Positions 54,582-64,000 of a stretch of 64,000 nucleotides of DNA are shown here, one piece after another. The stretch spans positions 9,719 through 73,718 of the forward strand of contig JAGVXA010000004.1 in NCBI GenBank assembly GCA_018304025.1, given 5' to 3'. The DNA comes from Candidatus Pacearchaeota archaeon. GTDB taxonomy: Archaea; Nanobdellota; Nanobdellia; Pacearchaeales; GW2011-AR1. The position numbers and the translations under genes were made by a program. Under the pieces are notes generated by a model. The model was given only the letters and a program-made list of their open reading frames with translations, was not told where the DNA came from and made no database searches. Every line of letters starts with the position of its first letter. The first letter of the stretch is position 1.

Positions 54582-57107
54582 TTAGTTGGAAAAATTACAG
54601 TTTGTCGGAATGCCAGGTCCGCTCAAGCACATGTCAAACTTATTCAAATCGTCTTTGTCGACGTCATTATCTCTATCGAAATCCACATCAGAGCATTCAA
54701 ATGTTAGCGGATTTTCAAGCCCAGAAAAACAAGATTGCAAATGTCCAAAATCAATCATGTCAATATCGCCGTCTCTGTCATAGTCAAGGTTTAGTTTTTT
54801 CTGCAGCAGCGGAGCGTTTTGAGGAAGGCGAGCCATGTAAATATCTCCGTAGTATGTGCCTGCATTATTTCTAGTATCTGTCCAGACAAGAATGTTCCCA
54901 CCAAGATTTGGTTCATATTGGTGCTCATTATTTGGTGTAATAATAAATTCTCCTCTGTCGTCATTTGTGCCAAAAACTTTATCTTCTCCAAAATCAAAAG
55001 CAAAAACATCCGCCGTAGCAGAACCTGGCGGATTATTATTATTTCTCCAATCCGAAAATAATAAATATCTATCTCTAATAAAATGATCACCAAGACGCAC
55101 TTTCCCACTCTTAGTTATCTGAAAAGGCCCCCTATCATCGCCTGTTCCGTGTTTCAAATCAACTCCGATATCATAACCATAAATATTTCTAGCCCCAGAA
55201 ATTCCATTTTGCCAGACAATCATTCTTTCCGAGATTTGCGGATTGCAAGAGCTATCAGAAAGATTTTGTGCTATAGTAAAGTCTCTATTAGTCGAAATTT
55301 CTTTCCCATAAATATTTTTAATTTGCAAAGCATATTTCGCCGCATATACAAAATTATCTCCAGACATGTCCAAGACAGTTATAGCAGAATACGGAAGAGT
55401 TAAAACATTCTCATTTCCAGAATTAATATCTTTTATGTGCGCTTCAGACACGTTATTGACTAAAGAAAGCACGCGCCCATTATCGATTGATTGGGCCACA
55501 CTAAATACACCATTACTTAATTGCGTTTTTTCTTTTGTATTCAAATTGTAAAGAATTGCACGAGAATTAGAATAAGGATTCATATTTGTTGAATAAATCA
55601 ACCAACCATTCTCGATACATTTGTATGCACCCATCCTTTTTGACAGTATGTCCGAATCAATTGAAATCTCCTCCCCACCATCTATCTGTCTCGCCTTTAT
55701 CGAATAAACACCATTATTCAATTCTCTCCAAGCTACCCAATTCCCATCAGTTTTCGGATTATCTTCTGTTAAATCGCTAGTCGATAAAGCACTAACAAAG
55801 CCCTGTGGCAGCGTCCCCATCGCCCCCGCCCCATTCACCCTCCCCGCCCCCGAATCAGTATCCCACCCACTGGGAATATCAGCAGTCATTTCCAAATGAG
55901 CCCGCATCGCGTCTGGAAAAGTGCCGGGAAACCGCCCAAGAACCAGCGCAGCCAACCCAGAAACATGCGGAGCAGCCATCGAAGTCCCCGAAGCAATTCG
56001 ATAATCAGCGCCAACAGCAACAGTATTGTTGTCAAAATCAGCATCTCTCTGCGCAGCGCTCAACGAAAGAATTTCTGTCCCCGGCGCGCCCACACTTATT
56101 CCCGCGCCATAATTAGAAGAAGCACTGCGGACATCCTCTGAAGTCAAATTTGAAACAGCAATCACGTGCTCCATGTTCGCAGGAAAAACTCCAGACACGT
56201 CAGCACTTTCATTGCCCGCCGCAGCAACCAATAAAACATTTTTATGAAAAGCATAATCAACAGCTTCTTCAAGATGCGACGGCGCAGCTCCCGATGTCCC
56301 AATGCTCATGTTAATTACATTAGCCCCGTTGTCAGCAGCATATATAATCGCCCGCGCAATATCTGTTGAAGCGCCGTTCCGCCCGCTCGCGCCAATAACT
56401 TTCAAAGGCATTATTTTTGCCCCATACGAAACTCCTATAATTCCTTCATTATTATTTCCTCGTCCAGCAACAATTCCAGCAACATGCGTCCCGTGCCCGT
56501 TGTCATCCATCGGATCAGTATCTTCATTCACAAAATCAAATCCCCGCGCCCCATCAACAGGATTCGTCCAGACATCCCCGACGTCAATTTGATTATAATC
56601 CAAGCCAGTGTCAATCACAGCAACAGTTATATTATTTCCAGCAAGCGGAACACCGTCGCCATTCTTAGGAAAACTATCCCACGCCTTGTCCGCCTGAATT
56701 TTTTTCAATCCCCACAAATCATTATACAAACTATCGTTCGGCTCATAAAAACAATGAACATAAAAGTCAGGTTCAGCATAAGCAATCCGCGCATCTTTTT
56801 TTAATCTGCCAATCACATCCTCAACTTTTTCCCCGTGCGCTATCTTAGCAGTATAAGTTCCAGAAAGTTCTTTAGAACCCGACAGATGCAGCGCTTTCAT
56901 TTCATGAATCCCGTGCCTGCGGACAACATCATCGAGAACTTCTTTTCCGTATCTTCCCTCGAATGTATTTTCATTTAATTTAACAACAACTCTGTCAGAA
57001 ACATATTTTTCCGAGCCGCCAAAAGAAGTTTGCCCGAACATACTCGCGAGTGCAAAAGCCCCGCCAACAAGCGCCTTCTTGAAATTTCCAAAATCGTTGC
57101 GTGTCAT
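54582..57107 (-). CDS. Secreted subtilisin-like serine protease (S8) with beta-propeller-like extension and C-terminal dockerin-like module
   Basis: It has a signal peptide. The catalytic triad motifs are VAVIDTGLDYNQ (Asp), HGTHVAGIVAG (His) and GTSMAAPHVSGLAALV (Ser). The C-terminus reads DYDRDGDIDMIDFGHLQSCFSG...DVDFDRDNDVDKDDLNKFDMCLSGPG. Confidence 0.75.
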   Translation of the reverse strand: MTRNDFGNFKKALVGGAFALASMFGQTSFGGSEKYVSDRVVVKLNENTFEGRYGKEVLDDVVRRHGIHEMKALHLSGSKELSGTYTAKIAHGEKVEDVIGRLKKDARIAYAEPDFYVHCFYEPNDSLYNDLWGLKKIQADKAWDSFPKNGDGVPLAGNNITVAVIDTGLDYNQIDVGDVWTNPVDGARGFDFVNEDTDPMDDNGHGTHVAGIVAGRGNNNEGIIGVSYGAKIMPLKVIGASGRNGASTDIARAIIYAADNGANVINMSIGTSGAAPSHLEEAVDYAFHKNVLLVAAAGNESADVSGVFPANMEHVIAVSNLTSEDVRSASSNYGAGISVGAPGTEILSLSAAQRDADFDNNTVAVGADYRIASGTSMAAPHVSGLAALVLGRFPGTFPDAMRAHLEMTADIPSGWDTDSGAGRVNGAGAMGTLPQGFVSALSTSDLTEDNPKTDGNWVAWRELNNGVYSIKARQIDGGEEISIDSDILSKRMGAYKCIENGWLIYSTNMNPYSNSRAILYNLNTKEKTQLSNGVFSVAQSIDNGRVLSLVNNVSEAHIKDINSGNENVLTLPYSAITVLDMSGDNFVYAAKYALQIKNIYGKEISTNRDFTIAQNLSDSSCNPQISERMIVWQNGISGARNIYGYDIGVDLKHGTGDDRGPFQITKSGKVRLGDHFIRDRYLLFSDWRNNNNPPGSATADVFAFDFGEDKVFGTNDDRGEFIITPNNEHQYEPNLGGNILVWTDTRNNAGTYYGDIYMARLPQNAPLLQKKLNLDYDRDGDIDMIDFGHLQSCFSGLENPLTFECSDVDFDRDNDVDKDDLNKFDMCLSGPGIPTNCNFSN

Positions 57108-57131
57108 CTTATATTATTAATATCTCCGTCG

Positions 57132-57626
57132 TTAAAAATTTATCTCCATATGCGCAATCATCTCCCTATAATCTGAAAAATAAGTTCCGCCTTCAACATA
57201 CCACCTAAACTCTCTCTCTTTCAGTTCGCCTCCCCCGTTCGCTATCGTGTCATCAGAAGTAAAAACATTAAATCCCCTTCGCAGCGCGCCCTCTGCAGTC
57301 GCAGTAACACACGCAGCTCCGCTAATTCCCATAAAATACAAATCTTTCGCTCCCCATTTGGAAAGAATCTTTTCCAAAGTCGTTCCTGCAAACCCGTCAG
57401 CCCCCCTCTTAACAATTCTCGTCTTCCGTTTTAAATTCCTAATTTGCTCCCGAAGCTCTTCGACAGTCTCCCCCATATTATTGTATTCCACCAGCGCAAC
57501 CGGAATTTTCTTGTCGCCCGCGTATCTCAAAACCTCTCCCTGCGCATAGCACAAAAGTTTTCTTTCAGCTATCGCTCTAGCAAACGCATCCTGCATATCC
57601 ACGACAACAATCGCCTTTCCGTTCAT
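57132..57626 (-). CDS. Isochorismatase-family (cysteine hydrolase) protein
   Basis: The N-terminal AIVVVDMQDAF and the downstream catalytic Cys context identify it. It is 164 aa. Confidence 0.6.
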   Translation of the reverse strand: MNGKAIVVVDMQDAFARAIAERKLLCYAQGEVLRYAGDKKIPVALVEYNNMGETVEELREQIRNLKRKTRIVKRGADGFAGTTLEKILSKWGAKDLYFMGISGAACVTATAEGALRRGFNVFTSDDTIANGGGELKEREFRWYVEGGTYFSDYREMIAHMEINF

Positions 57627-57797
57627 AAAAATTAGGAAAAAAGGAGGTATTTAAATTATCTGGAAATCTATTTGTGCCGGTTAACTATATATTCTATTTT
57701 TAATTAATAATTTAATCAAATAATTCCAAAATATATGAAAAATTAATCATAGATTAATCTTTCGACTCTAACAACAATCTCTTAAAATCCCAAAAAA

Positions 57798-59105
57798 TTA
57801 TCTCGGATCAACTACTTTGCCCATGAATAATATGTTTCCAGTTTGCCTTTCTTGAATTATAAAAACAAAAGGATGATCTGCTCTAAATATATTTCTTGGC
57901 ATTGGCGAAATAGTCTCTGCGATAACGGCTGTTGCAGCTGCAGCTTCTGTCCCTTCTTCATCAACTTTCACATATGCCTGATGAATCACTTGACTAATAA
58001 ATAAATCTCTCTTGCCAGTCATTCCAGAGAAATCAGCACTGTCAGAAAAAGAATTAGGCATTCCTAAATTACTTAGAGTTTCTTTCATAAAGTATTTTGT
58101 ATCAAACTCAAATTTAGGCAAATAAATAGCATCCAAATCTGTTTCTTGCATTTTTGATTTATATTCTTCAAGTTTTTCAGAAGAAAGTTCAATATCTTCA
58201 AGAGTGTAATTAGAAGTAATTATCTCGTTGGTTTCGTAGTCATAGTCTTCCCCTTGCTTTGGCAACAAAACTAACATTGAAATATCCTCTCCTTTGTACG
58301 GAAGTTCTAAAATTTGTAAGTCTCCTAAGTCAGCATAATTAAACATTGCTTTGTCATTATCCATGTACATCATTGGAACCCGAATAACATTATCTGTAGT
58401 TATTTTAAACTCCCCCTCTCTTGTGTCGCTCTTATCAAATTCCCATTCCCACGTACCTTTGAAATAAATCGCATTGGTTAAAACCAATCTTGTGTCTGAA
58501 CCTATCACGCCTTCAGGAATCAAATCCCGGATTTTGTCATTAGTTTGTTCCTCAATAAAACTATTAATTGTTTGTCTCGATTTCTCTGTTTCACTAATAA
58601 AATCCAAATTTGCTGCTTTTCCGCCGTAATATTTCTCCGTAGTTGTTATGTACTCTTGAAGAAATGGATAATCTTTTTGAACCCATAGCGCATTTCCTGT
58701 ATTTAACTGATAATCTTTCTGCCCTTTGTTTATGTTGTTATAAATAGCAGCAAAATTCGATCTTAAAATATCACTTTCAGGAAAATGAAAAACAGATTTC
58801 ATTTCATCAGCTGTCGCTCCTCGCGCTCCCTCATAAGTCATTGCTAAAGCAGCAGAAATACTATAAGGCGAATAAAACATATTTCCTTGCTCACTTTTGT
58901 CTAGTTGAGAATAAACCTCAAAAGCAAACCGATTATTTGCAGTTACTACTTCCCGAATTCCTTGTTGCGCCGAACCGTCGTCATCTGCTCGAGGAGGTTG
59001 ATTCGGAGAATAAGGGTATAAAAATAATCCTATCGTAATAACCGCAATAGCAGCCACAACAATTATTGCCACAATCGTTGCACTTGCAGTTTTTTGTTTT
59101 ACCAT
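57798..59105 (-). CDS. Serpin (serine protease inhibitor) with N-terminal membrane anchor
   Basis: The N-terminal TM is TIVAIIVVAAIAVITIGLFL. The hinge/RCL is EEGTEAAAATAVIAETISPMPRNI and the C-terminal signature is FRADHPFVFIIQE. Confidence 0.7.
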   Translation of the reverse strand: MVKQKTASATIVAIIVVAAIAVITIGLFLYPYSPNQPPRADDDGSAQQGIREVVTANNRFAFEVYSQLDKSEQGNMFYSPYSISAALAMTYEGARGATADEMKSVFHFPESDILRSNFAAIYNNINKGQKDYQLNTGNALWVQKDYPFLQEYITTTEKYYGGKAANLDFISETEKSRQTINSFIEEQTNDKIRDLIPEGVIGSDTRLVLTNAIYFKGTWEWEFDKSDTREGEFKITTDNVIRVPMMYMDNDKAMFNYADLGDLQILELPYKGEDISMLVLLPKQGEDYDYETNEIITSNYTLEDIELSSEKLEEYKSKMQETDLDAIYLPKFEFDTKYFMKETLSNLGMPNSFSDSADFSGMTGKRDLFISQVIHQAYVKVDEEGTEAAAATAVIAETISPMPRNIFRADHPFVFIIQERQTGNILFMGKVVDPR

Positions 59106-59182
59106 CTCAATTAACTCGTTCTTCTCCTTTTAAAATTTGTTTAGACTTCAATCACAGTTGAAGTATCGTATAATCAGAGAGA

Positions 59183-60034
59183 CTATTTCTTCAATCCCTT
59201 AACTTTCCCAGCACTCTTCACATCCTCAACTTCCCCAAACCCATCCCACGCCAAATTAAACATCTGCTCCATTGACTTTGCAAAATAGTCAGTAGTAAGC
59301 CAGACAGCGACGTCATAATTCGGATGCACGTGCTTGTCATCAATCAGCATGAACATCAGTTGATTTGAATCAACAATCGCAAATCTTCCGTTAAGATTCA
59401 CGCCCTTCGTGTCCCGAACTTCAGCAACTTTCATCAAATCTTTCGCAATCTTAATATTTTTCTCAGTAATCGGCGCGGCAATCTTTATGCTGACTCCTCG
59501 TTTTTTGGCTTTTTCAAAAGCAGGCAGCAGCGTTTCCATTTTTCTGTTTAACCCGTCTTCAGTCGTAGCAATTGTAATATTCTTTTCAGCAGCGCGAACC
59601 ATCATGTCCAAATGATTGTACATATTCTGTCTTCCCCTCAAACTCCCGGACATGTCAGACGGTTCAACAAATTTAATTCCGTTGTCAAATAGCGAAGTCA
59701 GCTCCCCCAAAACACTGTCTTTTTTCAATTCTTCCAGTCTTTTAGACCGCTCAGAAGCGTTGCTAATTAAATTCCTCTTGACTCTTTCAACAACTTCTTC
59801 CGGCTTAAGAGCAACAAATTTAATCGGCTTCCCAATTTTCATGACGATAAATCCTTTTTTCTCCAGCGATTCCAAAATATCATACGTCCTCGAACGCGGA
59901 ACATCAGAAATATTGCTCAATTCCCCCGCAGTAGAAACACCCCGAGACAGCAAAGCAGTCCAAACTTTCGCTTCGTATAAATTTAAATCGAAGATTTTTC
60001 TGAGCTGACTTAAAAATTCATCCTTTATTATCAT
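59183..60034 (-). CDS. TrmB-family transcriptional regulator
   Basis: The N-terminal wHTH reads LYEAKVWTALLSRGVSTAGELSNISDVPRSRTYDILESLEKKGFI. The C-terminal domain is sugar-binding-like. Confidence 0.65.
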   Translation of the reverse strand: MIIKDEFLSQLRKIFDLNLYEAKVWTALLSRGVSTAGELSNISDVPRSRTYDILESLEKKGFIVMKIGKPIKFVALKPEEVVERVKRNLISNASERSKRLEELKKDSVLGELTSLFDNGIKFVEPSDMSGSLRGRQNMYNHLDMMVRAAEKNITIATTEDGLNRKMETLLPAFEKAKKRGVSIKIAAPITEKNIKIAKDLMKVAEVRDTKGVNLNGRFAIVDSNQLMFMLIDDKHVHPNYDVAVWLTTDYFAKSMEQMFNLAWDGFGEVEDVKSAGKVKGLKK

Positions 60035-60105
60035 ATGATTTTAACCTCTTATAAAAACTAAATCGCTATACTATTTAAACTTTATCAACATATACTACCC
60101 TATAA

Positions 60106-62922
60106 TTAAGAAAAAATTATATTAAATTTTTTACTCCTTATTTCAAATGAAATTTCGTTTTTCCCCAAACTTTTGTCGTCGGTAAATTCAATTTTGCTGG
60201 AGTTGGTTCTCTCTTTCAAGAATTCAATGTGCTTTTCCAGCATCTCTTGGACATCAGAACTAACGTGTATCTTGGTAGAAATCATCTCGCCTTTCTTCAA
60301 TCCTCTGTTCTTTCTTTCCGCCTGGATTTTTCTCGCTAATTCCCTCGCAAAACCCTCTGCCTCCAGTTCAGGCGTCATCCTAAAATCGAATTTAACATTA
60401 AATTCTTTGCCTTGCTTAATCTCTATCTCTTTAACATTCAATTGTCTTGCAATTATTTCTTTTAGATTATCAGGCAAATCAAGACTTTCTGTCACAGCCA
60501 CAGTTGCTCTCTTCAATGGCCATCTCAATCCAACTCCTTCTTTGTCTCTTATCCCCAGCCCCTTTTCAACAACTTCAAAAATTATTTTGAATCTTTCTTC
60601 AAGCTCTGCGTCAATTTTCTTCTCGTCTGGCGCAGGCCAGTCGCATAAATGAACAGATTTCTCATCCACAATCTTTTTTTCCAATAACTTCTGCCAAATA
60701 TCTTCTGTGCTGAATGGAATAATCGGCGCGCACAATTTCATCAGCCCGGCATAAACTTCTTCCAAAACAGATAAAACTTCCGAATCATTTTCAGCTAATC
60801 TGTCTCGAACAATCTGGATATATCCTCTGCTCAAATCATTAAGCCAAAATTCCTGCAGCGCGCGAGTAGCCAGATGCGGGTGCAGTTCTTCCAGCTCCGA
60901 AGTAACTTTTTTAATCAAAGAATTAAATTTGGAAATAATCCATTTGTCTTCCGCGTTTTTTATTTTATTCTTTCCGCTCTTTACAACAAGTCTTTCTATA
61001 TTTTGCAAAATATTCAAGTTGCTTTTCGGCTCCTTCAAAACACTAAACCCAAATCTTAATTCCTGCGAAGGATCCTGCAGGCAATAGAGCAATCTCATAG
61101 GGTCTGCGCCGATTTTTTCGACAGCGTCGTCAAACCAAATCGCGTTCCCCTTGCTCTTGTGCATCTCATCTCCCTTCTCGTCTTTCAAACTTTCGTAGCC
61201 GAAAATAGATTTAAACGGCGCTCTCCCGTCCAAACAAACCGACGCCCAAAACAAGGCATTGAACCATCCCCGATACTGCCCAGGCATGTTTTCTGAAATC
61301 AAGTCAGCAGGAAACCATTCCTCCCAATATTTTTTGTCTTTCAAATAATTCAGAGTAGAAAACGGAACAATTCCAGCGTCGAGCCACGCGTCTCCGACGT
61401 CAGGAATTCTTGAAACATTTTTCCCGCATGAAGCGCATTTGATTTTAATTTCGTCAATCCACGGGCGGTGAATTTCCGGCAGGGAATCAACTTTCTTTTT
61501 GTCGACGGATTTAGCTTTCAATTCCTCCAAACTTCCGATGACTTCAACTTCTCCGCACTCGCATTCCCAAATCGGCAGCGGCAGTCCCCAATATCTTTTT
61601 CTGGAAATCAGCCAGTCGCCCATATTATTGAACCAATCCTCTTGCCTTCTCCCCCCATATTCAGGATACCATTTTATTTTTTGATTCTCGTCAATTAACT
61701 TCCCCCGCATTTCCGAAGATTTAATATACCATTCATCAACTAATCTAAATACAAGTTCTTCTCCGCATCTCCAGCAATGAGGATATCTGTGTTTTATCCT
61801 AGCTGTTTTGTAAACAAATCTTCTCTGCTCTAAATCGTTTAAGACAGCAGTATTAACATCAGAATATTTTTTCATGCTAAACTCTCCAAATCCAACTTCA
61901 TAAATTCCAGCGTCGTTCAACGGCGAAATCGCCGGCAGATTTTCTTTTTTCCCTAAGTCAAAATCCTCTGCTCCGCACCCAGGCGCAATATGAACAATTC
62001 CAGTTCCTTCTTCTCCCGACGCCAAATCCCACAAAACAACCTTGTGCGGAGATTTTTTTTGCGATTCAAAATCAGAGTAAGGCATAAGATATTCCATCCC
62101 CTTCAATTCTCTCCCTTTTTTCCTGTCTAAAATTTTATATTCTCCTTCAAGTTCTTCAAGCCGCGATTCAGCAAGCCAATATCTGAGCCCCTCATTTTCA
62201 ACCTTCACATAATCAATATTTTCATTGACAGCAATTGCAACATTTGCAGGAACTGTCCACGGCGTCGTCGTAAAAATCAGGAAATAAGTATTATGTTCTC
62301 CTTTCAAAGGGAACTGCATAAATAAAGCAGTATGAGTGACTTCTTTGTAACCTTCTGTCGCAATATCATGTTTTGAACTCGCAGTCCCGCACCGCCAGCA
62401 CCAAGGCACAGCGTCTTTTCCTTTATACAATTCTCCTCTTTCAAAATATTTTTTCAATAAAAACCAATTGTGCAAATTATTAGCATCAGTCATCGTGTAA
62501 TAGCTGTTGTCCCAATCCATCCACTGCCCAAGCCGGACAGATTGTTCTTTTTGTATCTTGGAAAATCTCTCAACTCTTCTTCTGCACGATTTCACAAATT
62601 TCAAAACACCAAACATCTCAATGTCTTCCTTGTCTTTCAATCCCAAATCTTTTTCTTCTTCTCTTTCAACCCAAAGCCCCTGGCAGTCAAAACCGTTTTG
62701 GTATCTCATCTCATGCCCCTGCATCGCCTTGAATCTGTGGAAAACATCTTTGTAAGTTCTTCCCCACGCGTGATGCACGCCCATCGGATTATTCGCAGTT
62801 ATCGGCCCGTCGATAAAACTCCATTTTTTCTTCCCGCGATTTTTCTGCCTGAGCTTGTCAAATATCTTTTCTTTCTCCCAGAATTTCAGGATTGCTTCTT
62901 CTGCCTTGTTAAAGTCTAACAT
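60106..62922 (-). CDS. ileS: Isoleucyl-tRNA synthetase (class I; archaeal/eukaryotic-type C-terminus without Zn finger)
   Basis: The HIGH-region analogue is PITANNPMGVHHAWGRT. The motifs GFDCQGL (compare GWDCHGLP), GTGIVHIAPGCGAEDF, WCWRCGT and KMSKS-like MHKSKGN are present. The C-terminus lacks the bacterial Cys4 finger. Confidence 0.75.
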   Translation of the reverse strand: MLDFNKAEEAILKFWEKEKIFDKLRQKNRGKKKWSFIDGPITANNPMGVHHAWGRTYKDVFHRFKAMQGHEMRYQNGFDCQGLWVEREEEKDLGLKDKEDIEMFGVLKFVKSCRRRVERFSKIQKEQSVRLGQWMDWDNSYYTMTDANNLHNWFLLKKYFERGELYKGKDAVPWCWRCGTASSKHDIATEGYKEVTHTALFMQFPLKGEHNTYFLIFTTTPWTVPANVAIAVNENIDYVKVENEGLRYWLAESRLEELEGEYKILDRKKGRELKGMEYLMPYSDFESQKKSPHKVVLWDLASGEEGTGIVHIAPGCGAEDFDLGKKENLPAISPLNDAGIYEVGFGEFSMKKYSDVNTAVLNDLEQRRFVYKTARIKHRYPHCWRCGEELVFRLVDEWYIKSSEMRGKLIDENQKIKWYPEYGGRRQEDWFNNMGDWLISRKRYWGLPLPIWECECGEVEVIGSLEELKAKSVDKKKVDSLPEIHRPWIDEIKIKCASCGKNVSRIPDVGDAWLDAGIVPFSTLNYLKDKKYWEEWFPADLISENMPGQYRGWFNALFWASVCLDGRAPFKSIFGYESLKDEKGDEMHKSKGNAIWFDDAVEKIGADPMRLLYCLQDPSQELRFGFSVLKEPKSNLNILQNIERLVVKSGKNKIKNAEDKWIISKFNSLIKKVTSELEELHPHLATRALQEFWLNDLSRGYIQIVRDRLAENDSEVLSVLEEVYAGLMKLCAPIIPFSTEDIWQKLLEKKIVDEKSVHLCDWPAPDEKKIDAELEERFKIIFEVVEKGLGIRDKEGVGLRWPLKRATVAVTESLDLPDNLKEIIARQLNVKEIEIKQGKEFNVKFDFRMTPELEAEGFARELARKIQAERKNRGLKKGEMISTKIHVSSDVQEMLEKHIEFLKERTNSSKIEFTDDKSLGKNEISFEIRSKKFNIIFS

Positions 62923-62924
62923 CT

Positions 62925-63530
62925 TTATCCCTCGCTCCCTACATTTTTATACCTTGCCCCCCAAAAATCTTCCTTAGCTAGCTTAAAATATTTCGAACAA
63001 CAAGAAATTAATTCATTAGACAAAGAAAACTTTGACATTCTCTTTCTATCAAAAAAACTGTACAATATAACTTCAATTTCAGCGCGTTTTTTAATATCTC
63101 TTATTGCAGGACAAAAATCAGTATCAGAAGAAACCAAAATCACTTTTTTAATCAGAGGGTAATCTTTTTCTATGTGGCTCAAATCAAGTGTTAATAACGT
63201 ATCAACTCCTTTTTGAGAATATTCAATTTCCCCAGCAGGATTTATTATCTTCTGGCATCTCCCTTCCCGGAGTGTAATATTTTTGTTTTTCGATAATGCA
63301 GAGATAAACCTATCGTATCCTTCCCGCATATTTCTCTCTTTTTCTGTCGGAGGTGTTCCTTGAAAAGGTGGAGCAGTATAATAAAACAAATGTTTACAAA
63401 AAAGATTTTGTTTTTTAGAAATATTCTTGGCAAATTCAAATTTGTCAAATTTTAATCTAATCCCTTTCCCAAAAAACTTAGTTAATTTATCTAAAAATCC
63501 CTCATCAATAAAAACCAGCGTTTCATTCAT
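62925..63530 (-). CDS. NYN/LabA-like domain protein
   Basis: The segments VFIDEGFL...QKGVDTLLTLDL...KKVILVSSDTDFCPAIRDIKKRAEIEVIL match the NYN pattern (vfiDgaNl...kgvDvalavDa...vvlvSgDsDfvplv). Confidence 0.6.
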   Translation of the reverse strand: MNETLVFIDEGFLDKLTKFFGKGIRLKFDKFEFAKNISKKQNLFCKHLFYYTAPPFQGTPPTEKERNMREGYDRFISALSKNKNITLREGRCQKIINPAGEIEYSQKGVDTLLTLDLSHIEKDYPLIKKVILVSSDTDFCPAIRDIKKRAEIEVILYSFFDRKRMSKFSLSNELISCCSKYFKLAKEDFWGARYKNVGSEG

Positions 63531-63805
63531 TATAAAAACCTCCCAAAAAATTCAAACAAATCACCAAAAAAAAGTCATCTAGTGACCCCGTGAGATCACT
63601 AGGGAACATTCTAATATTCTTATCAGTTTGAAGTTTATAAAAGTTGCTATGTTCAAGATTTAGAACTAACATCTTAATATTCCATCTCCCCGCCTTTTAT
63701 ATTTTGTTCCAAGCATAGAAATCACGAGGTAACATTAATAGCGGATACTACATCAGAAAAATTAATTAAATAGTTTTTTAAGTCCTAATTCATTATATTT
63801 TTATC

Positions 63806-64000
63806 ATGGAAAGTTCTGAACAAATCCAAAAAACAGCTAGCACTCTTATTAATTTGAGTGAACATTCAAACGTTAGATATGCCAAAGCTATTGCTAAAAA
63901 GTTGCTTGAAGAAAAGGATACCAAAGGGCCTATGCTGTCTATAAAACCCTTCAGCGCTTTTCCAGTTTCAAGGTTTATTACAAATCAAAGATTACTTGAA
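63806..64000 (+). CDS. Hypothetical protein, N-terminal fragment (runs off window)
   Basis: An ATG at 63806 opens an ORF that runs to the window end. Confidence 0.25.
   Translation, partial: MESSEQIQKTASTLINLSEHSNVRYAKAIAKKLLEEKDTKGPMLSIKPFSAFPVSRFITNQRLLE

Overview
This is a low-GC (~35%) window dense with short genes, most likely from an uncultivated small-genome archaeon (DPANN-like).

Signs of archaeal origin:
- A tRNA-Leu(TAA) carrying a ~47-nt anticodon-loop intron, with an oligo-T tail and no encoded CCA.
- A class-III (KRG|LSS...) archaeal pilin-type signal peptide.
- BRE/TATA-like promoter motifs.
- A TrmB-family regulator.

The window also encodes a clear sigma-70-family protein, so a CPR-type bacterium cannot be excluded.

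Layout of the window:
1. 1-6.6 kb: a truncated XerC/D-like tyrosine recombinase, small secreted proteins (one with an HExxH motif), a VanZ-like protein and the intron-containing tRNA.
2. 6.8-11.3 kb: two secreted proteins and the sigma-70-like gene.
3. 11.9-23.5 kb: a cell-surface glycosylation cluster. It holds a GT-C membrane glycosyltransferase, a Wzx-like flippase, three GT4 genes, GT2 plus a DUF2304-like protein, and an interleaved RelBE pair.
4. 23.5-28.7 kb: a toxin-antitoxin / defence-like islet. Its units are a STAS-GHKL ATPase plus a DUF4325-like STAS protein, an MNT-HEPN pair, a DUF4258/DUF2283 pair and a DUF104-PIN pair. The units are separated by C-rich (G4-forming, C4A2-like) repeats.
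5. 28.9-52.9 kb: a ~24 kb island devoted almost entirely to secreted and surface-anchored proteins:
   - a 1293-aa giant with a dockerin-like module;
   - (GY)n-repeat paralogs;
   - C-terminally TM-anchored paralogs;
   - an Ig-like DKAGN-repeat family;
   - a paralog family with a shared N-terminal domain and hypervariable 8-Cys tandem repeats, one member apparently frameshifted;
   - TSP3/MopE-like Ca-binding repeats.
6. 53.2-63.5 kb: a housekeeping/proteolysis block with a TatD nuclease, an archaeal pilin-like protein, an S8 subtilase with a C-terminal dockerin-like module, an isochorismatase-like hydrolase, a membrane-anchored serpin, TrmB, IleRS and a NYN-domain protein.

No CRISPR array, rRNA or reverse transcriptase was seen.
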